64,000 nt of DNA from NCBI GenBank assembly GCA_963812155.1, contig CAWETW010000002.1, forward strand, positions 416,001 through 480,000, written 5' to 3'. The translations under genes and the position numbers were made by a program. The stretch comes from Vulcanimicrobiota bacterium (GTDB lineage Bacteria > Vulcanimicrobiota > Vulcanimicrobiia > Vulcanimicrobiales > Vulcanimicrobiaceae). Below, piece after piece: positions 29,982 through 41,000 of the stretch. How positions within the stretch are numbered: position 1 is the stretch's first letter; every line of letters starts with the position of its first letter. Under the pieces are notes generated by a model that had not been told where the DNA came from, searched no databases, and worked only from the letters and a program-made list of their open reading frames with translations.

Positions 29982-30749
29982 TCACTTTAGTATGCCGCGT
30001 TGGGATTCGGCCTCGACGAAGGCGACGATCTCGCGGCCGGGATCGGTCGTGACTTCGGCTTTCATCGCGTCGAGCGCTTTGGAAACCGTGAGTTTCGGAT
30101 CGTAGAGAATTTTGTAGCATTTTTTGATTTCGTTGCGCTCTTCGGGGGAGAAGGCGGCGCGGCGAAGGCCGACGCTGTTGAGACCGTAGGGGCGTGCCGG
30201 ATTACCCTCGATGAGAAAAAACGGCGGCACGTCCTTCGTGAGTTTGGTCGCTCCGCCGACCATCGCGTATCGTCCGATACGCGTGAATTGGTGGACGCCG
30301 GCTTGGCCGCCGATGGTTGCGTAGGCGCCGACGTCGACGTGTCCGGCCAACTGCGCGAGATTACTCATCGTCACGCCGTCGGCGATCGTGCAGTTGTGCG
30401 CGATGTGCACGTAGGCGAGCAGCAAACAGTCGTCGCCGACCGCGGTCACTTCGTCGTGACCCGTTGCGCGCTGGATGCTCACGTACTCGCGCAGCACCGT
30501 CCGGTTTCCGACGCGAGTGAAGGCCCGTTCGCCGCTGTACTTGCGATCTTGCGAGGCGGCGCCGATCGTCGCAAACGGATAAACGTGGCAATCCTCGCCG
30601 ATGCACGTCCAACCGTTGACCACGACGTGCGACTGCAGCACCGTGCGGTCTCCGACGGTGACGTGTTCGCCGATGATGCAGTACGGCCCGATTTCTGCTC
30701 GCCTGGCGATATCCGCGCCGGGGTGAACGATTGCGGTCGGATGGATCAC
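29982..30749 (-). CDS. lpxA: UDP-GlcNAc acyltransferase
   Basis: IHPTAIV, hexapeptide repeats, QD.KY.GE, HIAHNC, LAGHV, VHQF. Confidence 0.97.
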   Translation of the reverse strand: MIHPTAIVHPGADIARRAEIGPYCIIGEHVTVGDRTVLQSHVVVNGWTCIGEDCHVYPFATIGAASQDRKYSGERAFTRVGNRTVLREYVSIQRATGHDEVTAVGDDCLLLAYVHIAHNCTIADGVTMSNLAQLAGHVDVGAYATIGGQAGVHQFTRIGRYAMVGGATKLTKDVPPFFLIEGNPARPYGLNSVGLRRAAFSPEERNEIKKCYKILYDPKLTVSKALDAMKAEVTTDPGREIVAFVEAESQRGILK

Positions 30750-31219
30750 GAGTGCAGAACCGACGCATCGGCGCCGAACATGCGCCGGTCGGAAACGATC
30801 GAGAAGCTGAGCACGGCAGAGCACGCGAGTTGTCCCTCGACCGTTGCCACGGTCGAGACCCAGCCGATGTTGCGCCGGTGACGGATCATCGCCACCTCCA
30901 TGTCGAGGCGATCGCCCGGTATGACGGGCCGCCGGAACTTCGCCTTATCGATGCCGGTCAGATACGGCGTCTTGCGCGAGAACTCGCCCGGTTCTAGGAC
31001 GACGGCACCGCCGAGCTGCGCCATCGCTTCGAGCATGTACACGCCCGGCAATAGCGGATTTCCCGGAAAGTGGCCGTTGAAGACGGGCTCGTTGAACGTG
31101 ATGTTCTTGAAACCGCGCGCGCGCACCATCGGCTCCAACTCGGTGATGCGATCGATCAGCAAAATTGGATATCGGTGCGGCAGCACTTCGAGAATTTGCC
31201 GGATGTCTAAGGCTCCCAC
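30746..31219 (-). CDS. fabZ: 3-hydroxyacyl-ACP dehydratase
   Basis: LPHRYP.LLIDR, GHFPG.P..PGV...EAMAQ, FRRPV.PGD. Confidence 0.97.
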   Translation of the reverse strand: MGALDIRQILEVLPHRYPILLIDRITELEPMVRARGFKNITFNEPVFNGHFPGNPLLPGVYMLEAMAQLGGAVVLEPGEFSRKTPYLTGIDKAKFRRPVIPGDRLDMEVAMIRHRRNIGWVSTVATVEGQLACSAVLSFSIVSDRRMFGADASVLHS

Positions 31220-32109
31220 GCAATCTCCTTCGCGGCCTCGCGCAGCGCACGCGTGGCCCGTGCGTGCATTTCGTGGCCGCTCTTTACGGCGACGATCTCG
31301 AATTGCGGCCACGCTCCGAGCAGTGCGAAATCGCCGATGAGATCGAGCACCTTGTGACGCACGACTTCGTTAGACCAGCGCAGCGGCTGCATCGGTCCTT
31401 CGGGGGTAAACACCAGCGCGTTCTCGAGGCTCGCCCCTCGCGCGAGCCCGCGCGCGTGCAAGCCTTCGAGTTCGTGCAGGTAGCCAAAGGTGCGGGCGCC
31501 TGCGATCTCGCGCTCGTAGAGTTGCGCGTCGACCTCCGCGTCGAAATACTGCGTTCCTACCGGCGGCGCGAATTCGGCGACGAATCGCACCCGGAACGCC
31601 GGTGCGGGAAGTGCGGCCACCAAACGGTCTCCCGCGCGCAGCACGTACGGCTGCGTCAAGGTCACGACGGTGCGCGGACGATCCTGCATCGTCACGCCCG
31701 CGCGCTCGATGGCCTCGACAAAGTTCTGCGCGCTGCCGTCGCAGATCGGAATCTCGGGTCCCTCCACCGCAATCCGCGCATTGCTCACGCCGCTCGCGAA
31801 CAAAGCGGAGAGTAAATGTTCGGTTGTGGAAACCGAGGCGCCGTCGAGTCCGACGACGGTCGCGCGCGACGTGTCCACGACATTCTCCGCAACGGCCGGT
31901 ACGCTGACCGTGACGCCGGGATCGCGCGGCGAACGCAACAGAAAGACGATGCCGCTGCCGGGTTCGGCAGGCTGGACGTCGACGGTTGCGCGTTCGCCCG
32001 TGTGAAGCCCGACGCCCTCGAAGCGCATCGGCGCCGCCAGCGTCGCCTGCTTGCGCTCGCTACGATCGTTCGGGTTCGATTGCGCGCTCCAGTGCGTCGA
32101 CACGAGCAA
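31207..32109 (-). CDS. lpxC: UDP-3-O-acyl-GlcNAc deacetylase
   Basis: GVGLHTG, TEHLLSAL, ARTFG, RHK.LDLIGD, KSGH; start uncertain. Confidence 0.96.
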   Translation of the reverse strand: MLVSTHWSAQSNPNDRSERKQATLAAPMRFEGVGLHTGERATVDVQPAEPGSGIVFLLRSPRDPGVTVSVPAVAENVVDTSRATVVGLDGASVSTTEHLLSALFASGVSNARIAVEGPEIPICDGSAQNFVEAIERAGVTMQDRPRTVVTLTQPYVLRAGDRLVAALPAPAFRVRFVAEFAPPVGTQYFDAEVDAQLYEREIAGARTFGYLHELEGLHARGLARGASLENALVFTPEGPMQPLRWSNEVVRHKVLDLIGDFALLGAWPQFEIVAVKSGHEMHARATRALREAAKEIAWEP

Positions 32110-33085
32110 CGAGCTTTGGCAGCTTGCGAATCATGACCTCTCGCCGCAGCTCGTCGCGGTGTTCGCGCGCCGGATTCCCCGAAACCGTCGTGCCTTCGGC
32201 GACGTCGCCCCACACGCCGGATTGACCGGCGACGGTCGCACGAGAACCGATCGTCATGTGTCCGCGCGTGCCGACTTGACCCGCAATTTTTACGTAGTCG
32301 CCGATGACGGTCGATCCCGCCAGCCCGGTGAGCGACGCCAGCGCGCAATGCTTACCAATCCGGCAGTTGTGCCCGATTTGCACGAGGTTGTCGATTTTCG
32401 TTCCCGTACCGATATGCGTGCTGCCGGTTTGCGCGCGATCGACGCACGAGTTCGCACCGATTTCCACGTCGTCGTCGAGCACCACGTTGCCGACCTGCGG
32501 GATCCGTTCGAGACGGCCCTCGACGAACGCCCAGCCGAAGCCTTCGCTTCCCACCACGCTGCAGGGGTGCAGCACGACGCGGTTGCCGATGCGGCAGCGA
32601 TCCATGACGCACGCGTGCCCGTGCAGCCACGCCGATTCGCCGATCGAAACGTCGTCGCCGACGTACGCGCCCGGCCCGATGATGCTGCCCGCACCGACGG
32701 CCGTTCGCCGGCCGACGTACGCACCGGCACCAATGTAGACGGCCTCGCCGACGCGCGCGTCCGCCTCGACCACCGCGGTCGCGTGCACGAACGGTCCTTG
32801 CGGACGCGGCGGCCGCAACGCTTCGAGCAGCCGCGCGAGCGCGAGCCGCGCGTTTTCGACGACGAGCAACGGCTTTTCCGACTTCGGTAGAGATACCGAC
32901 GCATCCACGAGCACCGCCGCCGCACGGCTTCGCAATGCGGTGGCGAGATAGCGCTGGTCGGTCGCGAACGTCAGCGTTTCGGAATCGGCGTCATCGATGC
33001 CCGCAATGCGCGCGATCGGAAGCGCGCCGTCGCCTATCACGCTGCCGCCGACTCGCCCGGCCAGTTCGTTGAGCGTTCCTAACAT
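32060..33085 (-). CDS. lpxD: UDP-3-O-acylglucosamine N-acyltransferase
   Basis: GFG.A, IPQVGNV, DDVEIGAN, KIDNLVQIGHN. Confidence 0.97.
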   Translation of the reverse strand: MLGTLNELAGRVGGSVIGDGALPIARIAGIDDADSETLTFATDQRYLATALRSRAAAVLVDASVSLPKSEKPLLVVENARLALARLLEALRPPRPQGPFVHATAVVEADARVGEAVYIGAGAYVGRRTAVGAGSIIGPGAYVGDDVSIGESAWLHGHACVMDRCRIGNRVVLHPCSVVGSEGFGWAFVEGRLERIPQVGNVVLDDDVEIGANSCVDRAQTGSTHIGTGTKIDNLVQIGHNCRIGKHCALASLTGLAGSTVIGDYVKIAGQVGTRGHMTIGSRATVAGQSGVWGDVAEGTTVSGNPAREHRDELRREVMIRKLPKLVARVDALERAIEPERS

Positions 33086-33102
33086 TGCGACGTATGCAGC
33101 GT

Positions 33103-33519
33103 TTAGCCGGCCGGCTTCGGCGTCGCTTTTTCGGTGATGTTCAGCGATTTTTCGACGTCGCCGGTGATGTCGACTCCGCCGTAGCCGATGCCTTCGCGCG
33201 TGACCACGAGCTGCAACTTTCTCTGCTGGGCGATCTTGGAGGACGCGTCGCGAATTTGCTGCGTGAGCTGTTCGGTTATTTTCGCGTACTTTTGCTGCAT
33301 GGCAAGCGTGGCGCGTAGTTTTTGCCCGCGATTGCCGCGGCCGCCCGCGATCGTCCGCTCGTCGGCAAGCAGCTGGTTCTGGTAGTTTTGGTATTCCGGC
33401 CAATTGGCGACGATGCGCTGCACGTCGACCAGTCCGATCGGACTGGACGCTCCGCAGCCGGTCAGCGAAAGGGACGCGCCGAGCGCGGCCAGCGTAAGTA
33501 CGAATATCTGATGTTTCAC
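33103..33519 (-). CDS. OmpH/Skp-like lipoprotein
   Basis: Lipobox LTGC; IGLVDVQRI...GGVDITGDV. Confidence 0.75.
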   Translation of the reverse strand: MKHQIFVLTLAALGASLSLTGCGASSPIGLVDVQRIVANWPEYQNYQNQLLADERTIAGGRGNRGQKLRATLAMQQKYAKITEQLTQQIRDASSKIAQQRKLQLVVTREGIGYGGVDITGDVEKSLNITEKATPKPAG

Positions 33520-34814
33520 TCGTGTAAGCTTTCGACGTCCTTGACGAGATCGTTGGTGAGGTCGTAACCGCCGGCGGCCGCCGCAACGCGATCGAGCACG
33601 ATACTGAATCCGCGCTCTTTCGCGATGCGCGCCGCTTCGCGCATTACTTGGTCGACGATCTGCTTGTAGAGGGCATCTCGCCGCCGTTGTAAGGCTTCGA
33701 GTTCTTTGGCCGCAGCTCCGGTCGCTCCCACGTCGGCGCCGTGAAGGGCCGCGAACTGGCGGTCCAAATCGGCCTTCGTCGCCTGATAATCCGCAACCGT
33801 CTTGCGGGCATCGGTCTGAAATTGCATGGTGAACTGGCGATGGATGCCGGCCAGCTTGTCCCGTACGCCCGGCGGCAAGTTGGGTGGAAGCGCTGGCGGC
33901 CCTAAGCTGCGCAGTTGGGCGCCCACCTCGTTCCGGCGCTCGAGCAGCTTGGCTTGCGTCTGGCCCGCAATCGCGCCGGCCTGCGTCCGTACGGCCGCGC
34001 CGGTTTGGGCGCTCAGCTGCGCGCGGTAGGCGCTCAAGGTCGCGGCGTCGGCCCGGCGCGCGGCGTCGAGCTGCGAACTCTCCTTGGAGTTGATCGACTC
34101 GAGCTGGCCCTGTAACTGCTTACGCGTGGCTTCGTCGAGCGCGAGATTTGAAAGCCGGGTCTTAATCGCCAGACGCTGCGCCGCGTCGGCTTGTGACAGT
34201 CTCAGCGAGAGATCCGTCTCGTTCTGTTGCAGCTGCGCCGCTTTGGCCGAATATTTTTGCGATGCCTGCTGCTGCAGTTGGCGGGCAATCGCGGACGTCG
34301 CGGCGTTGTTCTGCGCGACGACGCTCTGCTGGTAGGCCATGAAGTCTTGGTTTGCGGCGGCGGCGGCCTGGCGCGCTTGCTGCGCCGACGTCGCACTCAT
34401 CTGCCCGGCCGCGTACGCGCCGCCTTTGATGCCGGCGGCGCTCAACGCCGCAGCGACTGCTTGGCGTTCCCGGCCGGCGTACTGCTGCTGCTGTTGCGCG
34501 AGAATCGCGTTGGCCCGGTTCTGCGCGTCGTGCAGCTGGCGGTTGAGATCGGTGGTCTGCCGGGCGATCTGCGACGCGTTGAGCGGCACGCGCGGCGCGG
34601 CCGCCGCGAGGTTGATTGCGGCGATGCCGTCGTCGAGTTGCGTGAGCTGCGGGTAGAGCGGGTGGTGCTTGACGACTTCGTCGAGCCGGATGTAGCCGGT
34701 GCCGCGAATGGAAGTTGAATGAACGTTTACGCAGCCGCCGAGAAAAAGGGTCGCGAACGCCAGTGCGAGCGCAGCATAGCGGCGGCTCTTACTTGCCGAG
34801 CGCATTTTGGACAT
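33516..34814 (-). CDS. OmpH/Skp-like lipoprotein with long coiled coil
   Basis: Lipobox LGGC; GYI.LDEVVKHHP at N-terminus, GGYDLTNDL at C-terminus; Gln/Ala-rich helical middle. Confidence 0.7.
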   Translation of the reverse strand: MSKMRSASKSRRYAALALAFATLFLGGCVNVHSTSIRGTGYIRLDEVVKHHPLYPQLTQLDDGIAAINLAAAAPRVPLNASQIARQTTDLNRQLHDAQNRANAILAQQQQQYAGRERQAVAAALSAAGIKGGAYAAGQMSATSAQQARQAAAAANQDFMAYQQSVVAQNNAATSAIARQLQQQASQKYSAKAAQLQQNETDLSLRLSQADAAQRLAIKTRLSNLALDEATRKQLQGQLESINSKESSQLDAARRADAATLSAYRAQLSAQTGAAVRTQAGAIAGQTQAKLLERRNEVGAQLRSLGPPALPPNLPPGVRDKLAGIHRQFTMQFQTDARKTVADYQATKADLDRQFAALHGADVGATGAAAKELEALQRRRDALYKQIVDQVMREAARIAKERGFSIVLDRVAAAAGGYDLTNDLVKDVESLHE

Positions 34815-35596
34815 CCGCCGTGATGTCCGTTCCTCCGTAGATCACGTCGGCGCGGTCGACGACGAGCAGCAGTTTTTTGCTTGCGGCGACGTCGGCGGTC
34901 GCGCGTTTCGTCTGATCGACGAACGGCTTGAGGAGCTGATCCTGTTTGTCGGAGACGGTCTTGTTAAACTGCTGGTAGAGTTGCTGCTTGTCGGTATTGT
35001 TTTTCGCCTGCGCGACCTTCGGCGCGAAGAGCGCCCGCTGAGTGTTTGCGAACTGGTTCATCTCGTCGTTGGCCGTCTTGACTTTCGGCACGTTGTCGAG
35101 CACGTTCTGGTCGACGAAGCCGATCTCCGAGGGCGGCGGGCTGGCGGCCGGCGGCTGAATCGCCTGCGAACTCATGAAGAGCGTCTCGACGTCTTTGGTG
35201 ACGTCTTGGCCGCCGTAGACGACGATCCGCTTGTCGACGACCACCGTCAGGTTGTGCGCGCCTGCGACTTGCGCGATGGCGAGTTGCGCGCGCTGAAAGA
35301 GCGGCCCCACGATCTCGCGCTGCTTGTCGGTGTACTGCTGCTGGAACTGCATCGAGATGCGCTGCTTGTCGGCGTCGCTGTTCGCGCCGCTTCACCGACG
35401 AGTTGAACTGTGCGTCGAGCTGCGCCTTGTATGCCGCCAGCGTGCGATTGGCGTTGGCGAAAACCGGCATGTTTCCAAGTTCGGCTTGATCGACGAATCC
35501 GACGTCGGTGAGATCCGCCGCAATCGCGGCGGGTGCGAGCGACGCCGCCAACGTGAGCGCGAGGGTCGCAAGCGATGGAATCGATCGAACGTTCAT
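34789..35596 (-). CDS. Tandem two-domain OmpH/Skp chaperone; apparent one-base frameshift near 35390
   Basis: ORF 35596 (signal peptide, VGFVDQ) joins ORF 35352 (YGGQDVT, IGFVDQ, YGGTDIT) if one base is removed at ~35390. Confidence 0.8.
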
Positions 35597-35623
35597 ACTT
35601 TGCCCCTTAGTGTCGCGTTTTCA

Positions 35624-37889
35624 CTAGAAACTCTGGCCGATGCCGAAGCTCGTGTGCGTTCCGTATGCGCCGCGCGCGAAGTCGATGCGCACGGTACGCA
35701 ATCCGAACTGCGGCACGTCGAACCGTATGCCCGCGCCGTAGTCGCCGTAGAGCGCCCAATTGGCCGGATAACCGACGATCCGGTTCGTGTACGGATTCAG
35801 CAGCGGATACGCACCGCGAATCCGATAGTCGAGTTCGTCGACGAAGACGGCCAGCGTAATGCGGCGGTCGAGCGCCAGCGGCTGGCGCAACTCGATCTGT
35901 CCCGAAGCCGGCGTCGGTTGCGTAGAAGACTTGGTTGTAGCCGCGCATCTGCTGGTCGGAGAACGTGTACAGATTGTTCGGCGGAATGACGCCCGTGGAT
36001 GCGTCGAGCAACAGGTGCACGCCGAGCGTTGCGGATTTGAGCACCGGGAAAAACTTCGCAATGCCCAGCGACGGTTGCGTGAACTGGAAGTTCGAACCGA
36101 GCGCCGGCATCGAGAACGTTCCCGACAAATAGGCGTTGGCGCCGTGGCGCGGATTGAACGGATCGTCGAGAGTGTTGGTCGAGAGGTTCAGCGTCGCCGT
36201 GTTGAGCTTGTACGGTGCGCCGGTGTTGACGTTGGCGATCGACGACGCCGCAATGCCGAACGACCCACCGTAGGAGTTGACGGTGGAGTTGACCGGTCCG
36301 GGCGTCGGGCCGACGAAGATGTTCGGCTGGTTGCCTTGGAAATAAAATGGCGACGGCACCGTGGTGTTGTAGCGAATCGTTTGAGCGCTCAGGGCGAACG
36401 AAAGAATCGTATAGTCGCTGAGGCGGCGTCCGATGTTGCCGGACGCGCCGATCGAACTCGACGTATTGGTCGCGACGATGCCGCCGATCTGGGCGCTGTT
36501 GGTACCGGGATAGAGCGTTACCGGAACCGGCGCCGGCGTGCCGCCGATCGACGGGATGCTGGGAGACGAAGCCGTGACGCCGTACACCGGATAGTAGTAC
36601 GTGTTGTTGTTCGCGAACAACTGCGCGCCGACACTGTATTTCTGCGATTGCGGCGAGTTGCCGAGATACGGAACCGCAACGGCGATCTGAGCGACGCCCG
36701 TACGCGCGCCCTTCTCGAACTGAACCGATCCGGAGTTGCCGGTACCGTGCAGGTTGCTGTCGGAGAAGCCGAGCGTGCCGTAGAGCCCTTGCCCGGTGAG
36801 TCCGCCGGAGTATCCGAAACCGACCGAGGCTTGCGCGGTGCGCTGTTCGGTCACGTGCCATACCAGCGTCACGTCCTGCGGCTTCTTCGGATCGGGGCCG
36901 GGCTTGACGTCGGGCTCGACCTTCGAGAAGTAGCCGAGCGAGTTGAGCCGTTCGTAGTCGCGCTTGACCGCGTCCGTGTTGAGCACCATTCCCGGCACCT
37001 CGCGCAGCACGCGCCGGATGACCTGATCCTTCGTGCGCGCGTTGCCGGTGATTTCGACGATCGAAATGCGCGCGACGTAGATATTGTATTTGACGTTCGC
37101 GGTGCCCGCCTTGTGATCGATCGACGACGGGTCGATGCCGCCCTCGAAGTTTCCGAGCTCCAGCCGATACTTGTCTTCGTAGAGTTTCTGCAGCGCTTTG
37201 AAGTCGGCATCGCGCACCGCGTCGGAGTAGATGGTCCCAGGCTTCAGCGTCAACGCCGGAAGAATCAGCGGCGGCGGCAGCAGCGGATCGCCGCCGATGA
37301 TGATTTCTTTGACGACGAGACCCTCTTGAATCACCAGCGTCAGGACGCCGCTCTTCGGATCGAGGTTGAGATCCTTGACGTGCGTGGGGACTTGTCCGCC
37401 GTATCCGATGCGCTCGTAGTAGTTGTTGATCTTCAAAACGTCCTGGCGAAACGTGTTCGTGTTGAAGACTTGACCGACGGAAAGATCCATCAGTGCCAAC
37501 AGCGTATCGCTGGGAACCTTTTGGTTTCCGTTAAAGACGATCTTGGTGAGTACCGGATTTTCCACCACGCGATAGGTGATGGCGATGCCGTTGGGACGCT
37601 GGCGCACGAGCGGCGGCGCGATGTCGGCGAAGTAACCGAGCGCGTTGATGCGCGCCAAGTCGTCCTGCACGATCTTGGGATCGTACGTTGCACCGGGTCG
37701 CGCAGCAATGACGGCCATGATCGTCGATGTCGGGACGTGCAGATTTCCGGTGACGTCGACCGAGACGATCTTCGGGGGAGTAGCCGCAGCGGCGCGCTGG
37801 GTCGCCGGAACGGCCGCGACGACGAGAGCGAGCAGAGCGCCCGCCCCGCACGCCAGTGCGCGAAGGGCGCGCCGAAGGTCAACGGTCAT
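35624..37889 (-). CDS. bamA: BamA/Omp85 outer-membrane assembly factor; apparent one-base frameshift near 35902
   Basis: POTRA repeats (GN.., LGYF), QMRGY loop motif; the alternate frame supplies the barrel end DYGAGIRF...SFGIGQSF. Confidence 0.9.
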
Positions 37890-38063
37890 GCGAAAAAAGT
37901 TCGTCCTCGACTTCTGATAGAGAGGCGCTGACGTCGTCAGCGACGGGCCGCCGGCTCCACGCGCCTGTTCTGACCCGGGTCGCCCTGTTCGCCCTGCCCG
38001 ACTTGGGTCCTTGCCTGCCGGATGAGGCTCCGATTGGAGTTCGATGCGGCATGCGTTGAGACA

Positions 38064-41000
38064 CTACAAATATCGCTGTAAGCTGAAGCTGAAGCCGTTG
38101 GTTCCCAGCAACGGCAGCAGGAGCAACTGGTTCGAGGAACCCAGCACCGTCACGGGCTGCTCGAAGAGTTTAATGGGGCCCGTTTGGTAGTAGAAGCTCA
38201 GCGTTGCCGACGTGAAGGCGCTGGGATTGTACTTGACGCCGAACGACTGGATCTGTGGCAATCCAAAGGTTGTGGCATAGACGGCACTGACCGATTTACC
38301 GAGCAGGCGAGTCGCCGAAACGCCGACGTTGCCATAGTAGCCGAGCGTCAGGTTGACGCTCGAGAGCCCGAGGCCCGAGCCGATGGCGTTTTCGAGCGGC
38401 GACAGCAAGCCGGCCGCGAACTGCGCGTTGAGCAGGTTGAACGCCTCTTGTCCTGCCGTAATCGTTCCGTTGTGCGTCTGATAGGCGCCCGGCGGCAAAG
38501 GCGACAGCGCTCCGTAGGGCGTGATTCCGCCCGGCGACTGCACCTGGTAAGGCGATTGCGAGTTGAACGCGATGCCGTTGATGAAGCCGCCGAACGGCGC
38601 GATCATCGAGAGCACCTGCTCCCTCGTATATCCCGGCGGATTCGACGTGAACGCAATCTTCAGCCCTTGAATTTGTCCGTCAACCGTAATGGTGATGTCC
38701 GCGGATCCGTACGGATTGCGCGCGCGGTCGGGATCGGGGTTGACGACGTTCGTCGTCGCCACCGCGTGAATGGTCGGCGCAATGCCGTCGCTCGGATCGA
38801 ACGCGACGCTGCCCTCGCGCACGCGGAAGGCACGATCGAAATAGGTGAGCGTGCCGCCCGTCGACGTAATCGAGCCGCCCAGCTGCGGCGACGCCAGCGT
38901 ACCGCCTAAGTGCACCGTGCCGGCAGCCCCGATGTCTAGCCCCGCGCCGTATCCGCTGCCGCGCACCCGCACGTTCTTGCCGGCGGTCGCATTCAAATCG
39001 AAGCCGACCGGTGGAAACGGCAGCGCGGTGGTGCCGGGCGCGTTCGCAGCGGCTTGTATGAACGCCGAGAAGGGCAGCGTCGCGTCGTTGAGCGTCAGCT
39101 TGCCGGAGAGCAACGCCGTCGACGCGGGCGTCTTCGTGAGCGTGAACCCGGCATCCAGCGAGCCGCTGCCGTAGGCGGGCAGGTTCAACTGCGCGCCGCG
39201 GGCGGTCACCTTCGCCGAGAACGCGTAGCCTGCGCTTGCCCCGGCCCCCTTTGGGAGTGTCAGGTTCCCCGACCCGGTCATCGTGCCCGAGCCGAGCCGC
39301 GCGAAGACTCGATCGAACGTTGCGCCGGTACGATTGAAAACCAGACGGGCGGTCGCGTCGGAAATCGGCGTACGCTCGAGATCGCTCGCGTACGATCCCT
39401 TCGAAAGTTGCGCGTGCCCAACGACGATCGGCGCGCGAATCGTCCCGCTCAATCCGAAGTGACCGTCGATCGTTCCGCCAAGCTTCGTGTTGTTCCCGAG
39501 GGCGGCGTCGAAGACGCCGGGATCCAAGCCCACGACGTCGACGTCGACGTTCAACGGCTGATCCGGCGGACCGATGCGAAACGGCGACAACTCGAGCGGC
39601 AGCGACCCCGCCAACGACGCCTCGCCGCGCGCGAACGTTGCGCCCGCGTTCGAGAGCACGAGCGTGCGCCCGTGCAAGCGCACCTGTCCGAAGAGCGATT
39701 CGATGCCGACGTCGTACGCGCGCACGTTCGACGCGTCGAGCCCTGCCACGAACGTCGGCGATGCGAACGTGCCGCCGACTTGAAGGGTCGATTCGAAAGA
39801 ACCCGCGACCGGAATTTTTACGCGTGCGAGTTGATACACCAGGCGGGGAAGATCGTCGGTGGCGGCGTGAATCTGCAGATCGAGCGGGTCGCGCGGTCGC
39901 AGTCCGAGCGATCCGCCGGCCGTCGCGGAGAGACCGGGGGTTACTAATTGCGCGCGGTCGACGACGACGCGCCTCCCGCTCGAATGCACGCTCGCCGTCG
40001 CAGTATCCAGCGTCAGCGGCCCGAGCGTGCCGCTTTCGACCGACGCGTCGCCGCGCAGCGCAAACTGCGGATAGCGTCCGCGCAACATCGCGCTTCCCGA
40101 CGCCTTGCCGGTAATCGGCACGGTTGGAAATCCCAACGCCGCCACCCACAGCGAGAGGTCGAGATTACTGACGGTCCCGTGCAAATCGTAGCGCGAACGG
40201 ACGAGCGTTTCGTAGAGACTCGCCTCGGGCGAAAAACCGACCGACCCGCCGGCGCGCAGCCGTCCCTGGTCGCCGCCGATTGCGAGCGACCCGTCGACTA
40301 CGTTGCGCGCGCTCGACCACGACGCATAGGTATCGCCGATGGGAAGATTGCGGTAGCGGAACGACCGCACGGTTACGTTGCCGCTGGTCGAGAGGCGGTT
40401 GGCGCTCACCGCGGCCGCGATTTTGATCGATCCGTTGCCGTCGAGCGTGTCGCCCGTATCGAAGTAATCGTTGAAGTCGGAAAGATCCGCGTGCGGGGCG
40501 CTGACGTCGAGCGTGCTATTGCCCGGAGTGGTCGCGGCGTCGAACGCAACGCGCGTGCTCGCCACCTGCACGTGTCCGTCGCGCGCGCCGACGCCGCGGG
40601 TATCGGCGGCCAGCATCGCGGCGCCGTCGACGAAGCGCAGACCGTTGATGGAGCCGGCGGGTACCGCAACACGGCCGGCTACGGTGGGCGCGGCAGCAGC
40701 ACCGCCGACGGTGAGGTTTGCATTGAACGTTCCTTCGGTCGCGTAGTTGGGAAGATGGAACGAGCGCAGCGCGCCGGCGATATCGGCGGCCGGAACGTCG
40801 GCGGTGAGCGCGTAGCGCGGACCGTTCGACGCGAGCCCACCCAGGCTGCCGCCGATGCGCGCGTACGTCGTTCCCAGCGCGCCGAGCACGCGATGCAAAT
40901 ACGCCGTCTGGCCCGTCAGCTGCACGTCGCCGTTGCCCGACAGCGCGAACTGCGCTACGCGTCCGCCGGCAATCGTCACGCCGCCGCCGAACGACGGAAG

